Shown: positions 57,020-64,000 of the stretch, in pieces | Layout: each line of letters begins with the position of its first letter | Position numbering within the stretch: the stretch's first letter is position 1 | NCBI RefSeq assembly: GCF_000517405.1 | Contig: NZ_CP006568.1 | Span: 4,273,565 to 4,337,564 of the forward strand | Length of the DNA: 64,000 bases | Reading direction: 5' to 3' | Source: Candidatus Sodalis pierantonii str. SOPE | Lineage (GTDB): Bacteria > Pseudomonadota > Gammaproteobacteria > Enterobacterales > Enterobacteriaceae | Translations under genes and position numbers: made by a program | Notes under the pieces: generated by a model | What the model saw: only the letters and a program-made list of their open reading frames with translations | The model's database searches: none | What the model was told of the DNA's origin: nothing

Positions 57020-59655
57020 CCCTGTACACGATTCTGTGTAAATGCCTTTTCTCAGAAGTGACCGTCCAGGCGGTCACCGAACTCGATAATAAAGCGGCTC
57101 ATTGCCATGCGCCAGTCCCTCAAAGGCATTGTCCATTTCTGTGAGGCCGCCTGTATCGCCAGCCACACCACCTTTTTCACTGCGTCGTCGGTCGGGAACA
57201 CCTTGCGCTTTTTGATGGCATGCCGGATCACGCTGTTTAACGACTCGATGGCGTTGGTCGTGTAGATCACCTTGCGGATGTCCGTTGGGTAGGCAAAGAA
57301 CGTGGCCAGATTGGCCCAGTTTGCCTGCCAGCTTCGACTTATTTGCGGGTAGCGGATGTCCCAGGCACTGGAGAACGCTTCCAGCGCCTGCAAGCCGGCT
57401 TCTTCCGTAGGGGCCTGATAGATAGCTTTTAGGTCGCGGGTGACGGCCTTGTAGTCCTTCCAGGAGACGAACCGCAGGCTGTTGCGCACCATATGCACGA
57501 TACACAGCTGGAGCCGCGCCTCCGGATACACCGTGTTAATAGCGTCAGGGAAACCTTTCAGCCCGTCTACGCAGGCGATAAGGATATCGTTCAGGCCGCG
57601 GTTTTTCAGCTCTGTCAGCACGTTCAGCCAGAACTTTGCGCCTTCATTGAGCCTGTTTAGAAATTTGTGTATTTGCCTGATTTTGATATGTTCAATCCAA
57701 CATCAAAAACAGGTTAATTTATGGACGAAAAACAGTTGCAGGCTCTGGCTAACGAACTGGCCAAAAATCTCAAAACCCCTGAAGATCTCAGTCACTTCGA
57801 TCGGCGGCTGAAAAAAATTAGCGTCGAAGCAGCTCTCAATGCCGAAATGACCCATCACCTCGGCTACGATAAAAATCAGCTTAAACCGGGGACCAACGCC
57901 CGCAACGGCTATTCCACAAAACCGTTACCACTGGCGATGGCCCGTTGGCGCTGCGTACTCCGCGCGATCGTGACGGTTCCTTTGAACCGCAACTGGTGAA
58001 GAAGAACCAGACCCGGATTACCGGGATGGATAACCAGATTTTATCGTTGTACGCCAAAGGGATGACCACCCGCGAGATCGCCGCCGCGTTCAAAGAGCTG
58101 TATGACGCCGATGTCTCGCCGGCGCTGGTCTCAAAGGTCACCGATGCGGTCATGGAGCAGGTTGTCGAATGGCAAAACCGGCCTCTGGATGCAGTCTATC
58201 ACATTGTTTATCTTGACTGTATCGTTCTAAAAGTCCGGCAGGACAGCCGCATCATTAACAAATCTGTGTTCCTGGCGCTGGGCATCAACATCGAAGGCCA
58301 GAAAGAGTTGCTAGGTATGTGGCTGGCCGAAAATGAAGGCGCAAAGTTCTGGCTGAACGTGCTGACAGAGCTGAAAAACCGCGGCCTGAACGATATCCTT
58401 ATCGCCTGCGTAGACGGGCTGAAAGGTTTCCCTGACGCTATTAACGCGGTGTATCCGGAGGCGCGGCTCCAGCTGTGTATCGTACATATGGTGCGCAACA
58501 GCCTGCGGTTCGTCTCCTGGAAGGACTACAAGGCCGTCACCCGCGACCTGAAAGCTATCTATCAGGCCCCTACGGAAGAAGCCGGCTTGCAGGCGCTGGA
58601 AGCGTTCTCCAGTGCCTGGGACATCCGCTACCCGCAAATAAGTCGAAGCTGGCAGGCAAACTGGGCCAATCTGGCCACGTTCTTTGCCTACCCAACGGAC
58701 ATCCGCAAGGTGATCTACACGACCAACGCCATCGAGTCGTTAAACAGCGTGATCCGGCATGCCATCAAAAAGCGCAAGGTGTTCCCGACCGACGACGCAG
58801 TGAAAAAGGTGGTGTGGCTGGCGATACAGGCGGCCTCACAGAAATGGACAATGCCTTTGAGGGACTGGCGCATGGCAATGAGCCGCTTTATTATCGAGTT
58901 CGGTGACCGCCTGGACGGTCACTTCTGAGAAAAGGCATTTACACAGAATCGTGTACAGGGTCCCTTTATTTTCGGCCAGCCACATACCTAGCAACTCTTT
59001 CTGGCCTTCGATGTTGATGCCCAGCGCCAGGAACACAGATTTGTTAATGATGCGGCTGTCCTGCCGGACTTTTAGAACGATACAGTCAAGATAAACAATG
59101 GGATAGACTGCATCCAGAGGCCGGTTTTGCCATTCAACAACCTGCTCCATGACCGCATCGGTGACCTTTGAGACCAGCGCCGGCGAGACATCGGCGTCAT
59201 ACAGCTCTTTGAACGCGGCGGCGATCTCCGCGGGTGGTCATCCCTTTGGCGTACAACGATAAAATCTGGTTATCCATCCCGGTAATCCGGGTCTGGTTCT
59301 TCTTCACCAGCTGCGGTTCAAAGGAACCGTCACGATCGCGCGGAGTACGCAGCGCCAGCGGGCCATCGCCAGTGGTAACGGTTTTTGTGGAATAGCCGTT
59401 GCGGGCGTTGGTCCCCGGTTTAGGCTGATTTTTATCGTAGCCGAGGTGATGGGTCATTTCGGCATTGAGAGCTGCTTCGACGCTGATTTTTTTCAGCAGC
59501 CGATCGAAGTGACTGAGATCTTCAGGGGTTTTGAGATTTTTGGCCAGTTCGTTAGCCAGAGCCTGCAACTGTTTTTCGTCCATAAATTAACCTGTTTTTG
59601 ATGTTGGATTGAACATATCAAAATCAGGCAAATACACAAATTTCTAAACAGGCTC
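57020..59655 (-). mobile_element. IS256-family element copy B, carrying a nested IS256-family copy C; both transposases disrupted
   Basis: The copy B ends at 57020 (GACCCTGTACACG...) and 59655 (...AAACAGGCTC) match copy A. Copy B sequence is 57020-57648 plus 58963-59655, about 1322 bp. Transposase fragments are at 57052..57621 and 59197..59583, with a frameshift. Confidence 0.8.
57649..58962 (+). mobile_element. IS256-family copy C nested inside copy B, with 8-bp TSD ccttcatt/cctttatt (7/8); transposase frameshifted
   Basis: GAGCCTGTTTAGAAATTTGTG... to ...CACAGAATCGTGTACAGGGTC. The transposase is split into 57721..57999 and 57945..58928. The uninterrupted host sequence ...gcgccttcattttcggcc is seen in copy A at about 14925-14945. 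Confidence 0.8.
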
Positions 59656-60300
59656 GTCGCAGGGTTGACGATAGGTACGGTGGGGCCACAGAAGTCGATG
59701 AAGAGCTTTTCGCCAGCCTTGTGCTCCATGCGCATGGAACGCCACTGCTTCTTTTTCCAGTCACGGAACAGTGCACAAAACTGTGAGTAACCGAGGGCAT
59801 CACCGCCCACGGCGGACTGATATTCCATCCAGAGCAGCTGCTTGGTCATGCCCTTGCGGCTTAACTCGGTATCGATATCAAGCCAGCTGGGTAATGTATT
59901 GATAACTTTTCCGGATTTGCCGGGATAGAGCAGGCGGTCGAGGTCGACGGGGGACAGTTCCGCCGGCAATGGCCAGACCAGGTTAGCTACCGTGAATCGG
60001 CCGAGGATATCGTGCACGGTAGTACAGCCTATGCCGAGCGCTGCTGCGATAGTGCGATTCGAGCGACGCTGCTCGAATTTCATACGTAAAACATTAATAT
60101 AAATGCACATTTCCGTTCTCGCTTTCTTCTTTTTACGTGCCATGCCCCCGGAAGCTAAAAGTCTCCAGAGTATGGCGGAACAGAAGATGAGTGATCGGAC
60201 AGAATCGGAATCGCTGATCGGGCGACCGGAATCAGTGATCGGATGAAATCAGAATTAGTGATCGGGTGAAATCGGAATCAGTGATCGGATGTGACCGGAA
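59656..60300 (-). mobile_element. IS21-family element, left end plus IstA N-terminus, truncated by IS256 copy B
   Basis: The IstA-like N-terminus (HTH ...NRTIAAALGIGCTTVHDIL..., start of the DDE core MRMEHKAGEKLFIDFCGPTVPIV) is at 59656..60143. The terminal region 60150-60300 has four direct repeats ending in (a/g)tgatcgg, as expected of IS21 multi-repeat ends. Confidence 0.7.
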
Positions 60301-60410
60301 CCAGCACCACCCAATGCTTTAATCATGGCACAAGATCCCGGAAATTTCCTGTCGCCGGGTTAAGGAGGATTTTTCTTCCGTCCGCCGCCTAACCGAAGGG
60401 CCGGCAGCCA

Positions 60411-60441
60411 TAAAAAAGCGGGAGCGCTAAGCGCTCCCGCT
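60411..60441 (-). terminator. rho-independent terminator downstream of amtB
   Basis: Minus-strand RNA gcgggagcgc-uuag-cgcucccgc followed by uuuuuuau. Confidence 0.75.
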
Positions 60442-60490
60442 GGATTGGCACCCGGTCTGTCGGTAGAACGGAACGGTTAATGCCCTCGAT

Positions 60491-61719
60491 TAGGGGTTGT
60501 AGGCATTTTCGCCGTGACTGTTGACGTCCAAACCTTCGCGCTCTTGCTCTTCGGATACGCGCAGGCCCACCATCATATCGGCGATTTTGAAGCCGATAAA
60601 CGCCACCACGCCAGACCAGATCAGTCACACGATTACGCTCATGAGCTGCACCCACACCTGGTGGCCCATGGTGACACCTTCAGCATAACCGGTGCCGCCC
60701 AGCGACGCGGAGGAGAATACCCCGGTCAGGAGACAGCCGACGATACCGCAGACGCCGTGTACGCCAAAGACATCGCACACGTCATCCACTTTCAGCCATT
60801 TCTTCAAGGTAACCACGCCCCACAGACCGGCGACACCACCCACCAGGCCGATGACCAGTGCACCGCCAACGCCGACGGTACCGGCAGCCGGTGTAATGGC
60901 GACCAGGCCGGCGATACAGCCTGAACACGCACCCAACAACGACGGTTTACCGCGCAGCATCCACTCGACAAACACCCAGGAAAGGATGGCGCTGGCGGAG
61001 CCGGCGTTGAAGCCGAACCAGCCGACGTACAGGATAGCGGTGCCGGTAAATACCATCGGCAAGTTATGGGGTTTGAACGCTTCTTTTCCAAAACCGGCGC
61101 GTTTGCCCAACAAGTAAGCCCCCACCAGCCCGGCGCTGGCGGCGTTAATATGCACCACGGTACCGCCGGCGAAGTCCAAAGCGCCCAAAGAAGCCAGGTA
61201 ACCACCCGCCCATACCATATGCGCCATGGGCAGATAGGAGAAAGTCAGCCACACCAGCACGAAAATCAGCACCGCCGAGAAGCGGATACGCTCCGCCAGC
61301 GCGCTGACGATCAGGCCAACGGTAATGTAGGCGAATGAGCACTGGAACGCGACATGAATCAGCTGATAGAAACTGCCGGTCAGTGCGGTCACGCCGATGC
61401 TTTTAAGCATGATCATGCTGAAATCGCCGAAGAAGGCATTACCGGTACCGAACGTCAGCGAGTAGCCGTAAATCATCCATAGCACACAGACCAGCGCAAA
61501 AGTGACCGCAACCTGCGTCAGCATTGACAGCATGTTTTTCCCGCGCAGCAGACCGCCGTAAAACAGCGCTATCCCCGGAAGCGTCATGAACAGCACCAGC
61601 GCGGTGCTTATCATCATAAAGGCATTGTCGGCCTTGTCGACTGCGGGTGCCGCAGCCATGGCCCAGGACGGCAAGAGGGCCGCAGCGCCTAAAACGGTGA
61701 GTGAGACAAGTTTCTTCAT
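60491..61719 (-). pseudogene. amtB: ammonium channel AmtB with in-frame opal codon removing the last about 63 residues
   Basis: It is collinear with E. coli AmtB to ...GHQVWVQLMSVIV, then TGA. The same frame continues LIWSGVVAFIGFKIADMMVGLRVSEEQEREGLDVNSHGENAYNP*, which matches the AmtB C-terminus. Confidence 0.7.
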
Positions 61720-61755
61720 TTTTTATTCATCCCTATCTACAAATAGCGCATGTCG

Positions 61756-62099
61756 TTAAAGTGCAGCTTCGTCGGTTTCGCCGGTACGAATGCGAATAAC
61801 CCGCTGAAGTTCAGCAACAAAAATCTTGCCGTCGCCGATTTTGCCGGTATAGGCCAGGCCGCCTTGCTGATGACATCAATCACTTCATCAAGCTGATCGT
61901 CAGCGATAGCGATATCAATTTTCACTTTTGGCAGGAAATTTACGCTGTACTCGGCACCGCGATAAAGCTCGGCATGGCCTTTCTGACGCCCAAATCCCTT
62001 GACTTCAGTGACCGTCAGCCCCTGAATTCCCACAGAGGAGAGCGCTTCACGCACATCTTCCAATTTAAATGGCTTAATCACCACGGTTACCAGCTTCAT
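61756..62099 (-). pseudogene. glnK: PII nitrogen regulator GlnK, frameshifted by a 5-bp insertion
   Basis: It is identical in pattern to E. coli GlnK through ...DVISKAA. An extra tggcc in gcggcc|tggcc|tataccggc follows. The true C-terminus [31 protein letters not shown] is in the other frame. Confidence 0.7.
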
Positions 62100-62491
62100 A
62101 TGTACCCCTCGAAAATTAAGTCCCGACTCGCGACCACTACGCCCAATTAAAGCAAAGCATGTGCCACAAATGTTTTGACATAAAAATTTACCGTTAGCAG
62201 GCTATTCCTATGGCAGCTGCCTGTCGCGGGTTAGGGGGAGGGATCAAAAAAGAAAGGTCATACAAACAGAAATGCACCAAACAGGTGCCTGATGCTAAAA
62301 AACGGTGCGTCTGTCACAAATTTGGAACACAAATGCCCATTCATAGTGCGTACCGCGGCGAATGGGCATCCGATTGGCGCTAACGATGACGAAATGGCGA
62401 GGGGAAATCGTGGCGCCTGATGGAGGAAGGCAAATGTTATTGCCGCACGGCGGCGAAAGGGTAAAGGTATCGCTAAGCCGGCGGCACGGCC

Positions 62492-64000
62492 TTAACCGGG
62501 CAATGCCTGGGGCGCGTCGGCGCGCAGCGCCTGTCCCGCCTGCTGTAGCTGATACATTTGATAATAGCGGCCTCGCGCCTGCAGCAGGGCAGCATGGGTG
62601 CCCCGCTCCACCGCCTCGCCCCGATGCAGCACCAGGATTTGATCCGCCTCGACCACCGTCGACAGCCGATGGGCTATGACCACCAGCGTCGTATGGCGCC
62701 GCATCGCCACCAGCGCGCGGGCAATCGTCTGTTCAGTACCGGAATCGATATTGGCGGTGGCCTCATCGAGAATCAATACCGCCGGCGTGGACACCAGCAC
62801 CCGCGCCAGAGCCAGCAATTGCTTTTGCCCGACCGACAAGGTGTTGCCCTGTTCACCCAGTTCGGCGAACACTCCCCCCGGTAGCGAGCGTACCAGCGCC
62901 GCCAGTTGCACCTGCTCTAGCGCGCGCCAGACCTGTTGCTCGCTTATCTCCCGTCCGAGGGTGACGTTGCCATAGACCGTGTCAGCCATGACGACCGGAT
63001 CTTGCTGCACCATCGCCACCCCCTGGCGCAAGACGCGATGGCTAAGCGTCTCTATGGGCCGGCCGTCCAGCAACAGCGTCCCCGCGCTTACCGGATAGTA
63101 GCCCATCATCAGGCTGGCCAGGGTACTCTTGCCGCTGCCGGTATGCCCCACCAGGGCGATAAAACTTTTCGCCGGCGCCGTTAGCGAAATGTCGCGCAAC
63201 ACCGGCGATCCCCGGCGATAGGCAAAGTGCAGGTTGCGCAATTCGATGGCGCCACCGCTCAGGGGAACATCATCCGTGCCGTACCGTTGCGCGGAACCGT
63301 CCATCAGTTCAAAGATACGTTCCCCCGCGACCGCCGCCTGCTGCATGATGGACTGCTGGGATGTCAGCTCAATCAGCGGCTCGTTGAGCCGGCCGAGGTA
63401 ATTGATGAAGGCGTAAAGCACCCCCACGCCTATCGCCCCGCGCGGACTTAGCCCAAACAGCAGCAGCATGCCGCACAATATCAGCGCAAACAGCAGGCTG
63501 AGCAGCGGGCGCAGCAGATAGCCCTCCAGCCGTAGCGTCGCCATACGGGTTTGGAAGTGGGCGTGGCTTGCCCGCTGTAGCTTGTCGCCGAAACGCCGCT
63601 GCTGGCGGAATTGCTGAATTACCCCCATCCCGTTGATGGCTTCATTGAAGCCATCATTGATATCGGCGACATAGGCCCGCATCCGCCGCACGATTGGCGT
63701 GCTGTAATGCTGATACAGCCACATCACCACAATGACCACCGGAAACAGCACCAGCGAGATACTCGCCAGCCGCCAGTCCAGCAAAAACATCGCCACCAGC
63801 ATGGCGCTGATTAACGCCACGCTGCGCAGCACGGAGGCCACCACCGTGACGTACAGATCTTTCACCACTTCGGTATCGTTGGTCACCCTGGAAATGAGCT
63901 GCCCTACCGGCTGAGTATCGAATACGCCTAACGGCTGGCGCAGCGCGGCATCCATGACTTCCGTTCTCAACTGCTGCACGACGCTTAACGCAGTGCGGTT
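62492..64000 (-). CDS. mdlB: ABC multidrug exporter MdlB, 5'-partial (continues beyond window end)
   Basis: It is collinear with E. coli MdlB from ...[17 protein letters not shown] to the C-terminus, with Walker [10 protein letters not shown], the [13 protein letters not shown] signature, and ILDEATA. There is no stop in-frame up to position 64000. Confidence 0.88.
   Translation of the reverse strand, partial: NRTALSVVQQLRTEVMDAALRQPLGVFDTQPVGQLISRVTNDTEVVKDLYVTVVASVLRSVALISAMLVAMFLLDWRLASISLVLFPVVIVVMWLYQHYSTPIVRRMRAYVADINDGFNEAINGMGVIQQFRQQRRFGDKLQRASHAHFQTRMATLRLEGYLLRPLLSLLFALILCGMLLLFGLSPRGAIGVGVLYAFINYLGRLNEPLIELTSQQSIMQQAAVAGERIFELMDGSAQRYGTDDVPLSGGAIELRNLHFAYRRGSPVLRDISLTAPAKSFIALVGHTGSGKSTLASLMMGYYPVSAGTLLLDGRPIETLSHRVLRQGVAMVQQDPVVMADTVYGNVTLGREISEQQVWRALEQVQLAALVRSLPGGVFAELGEQGNTLSVGQKQLLALARVLVSTPAVLILDEATANIDSGTEQTIARALVAMRRHTTLVVIAHRLSTVVEADQILVLHRGEAVERGTHAALLQARGRYYQMYQLQQAGQALRADAPQALPG

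Noticed and set aside
56469-57077. ybaY annotated with start at 57077 (ORF track).
   Set aside because: The first 20 codons (MTAWTVTSEKRHLHRIVYRV) are read from the IS256-family terminus; the same peptide appears at 58903. The native start and promoter have been displaced, so this is not an authentic N-terminus.
60150-60300. Array of four direct repeats (..tgatcgg) considered as a possible CRISPR or iteron array.
   Set aside because: The repeats are about 20 bp with irregular, very short spacers. They directly abut an IS21-family istA start, and they match the expected multi-repeat terminus of IS21 elements. There are no cas genes in the window.

Overview
This 64-kb window is a chromosomal segment from an Enterobacterales genome (GC about 57-60%) that is in an advanced state of IS proliferation and gene decay. 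Gene content and order follow E. coli K-12 closely. The blocks seen are alx-ygjV-uxaA/uxaB/uxaC; argU-folD-ybcJ-cysS-ppiB-lpxH-purEK; ybbP-ybbA-tesA-ybbO-ybbN-qmcA-ybbJ-copA-ybaP-ybaK-ybaL-hemH-adk-htpG-recR-ybaB-dnaX-apt-priC-ybaM-acrRAB-tomB-hha-ffs-ybaZ-ybaY-amtB-glnK-mdlB. Many expected genes are missing: sstT, fetAB, cueR, ushA, fsr, ybaN, mscK, maa, tesB. At least 17 loci carry frameshifts, in-frame nonsense codons, internal deletions or IS truncations. Superimposed are two IS families. An IS903-like (IS5-family) element, about 1055 bp, is present as three full copies and one partial copy. An IS256-family element, about 1315 bp, is present as three copies, two of them nested. There is also a truncated IS21-family end. 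The combination of massive IS256/IS903/IS21 expansion and pseudogenes is what is described for recently host-restricted Sodalis-allied symbionts; this is an inference, and I cannot verify identity without a search. The most unusual structure is an AT-rich island (about 7.6-16.5 kb) abutting tRNA-Arg(UCU). It contains a truncated P4-like integrase, a shattered Dam-like methyltransferase, and one OafA/OatA-like acyltransferase-SGNH gene. That gene has been hit by three independent IS903 insertions, and its fragments re-join perfectly in-frame when the IS copies and their 9-bp target duplications are removed in silico. I do not see a convincing intact, novel multi-gene system such as a defence or secretion locus. 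The findings are mainly about mobile-element architecture, pathway decay, and a few conserved RNA/regulatory signals: 4.5S RNA, the dnaX programmed-frameshift site, and a Zur box before rpmE2-rpmJ2.
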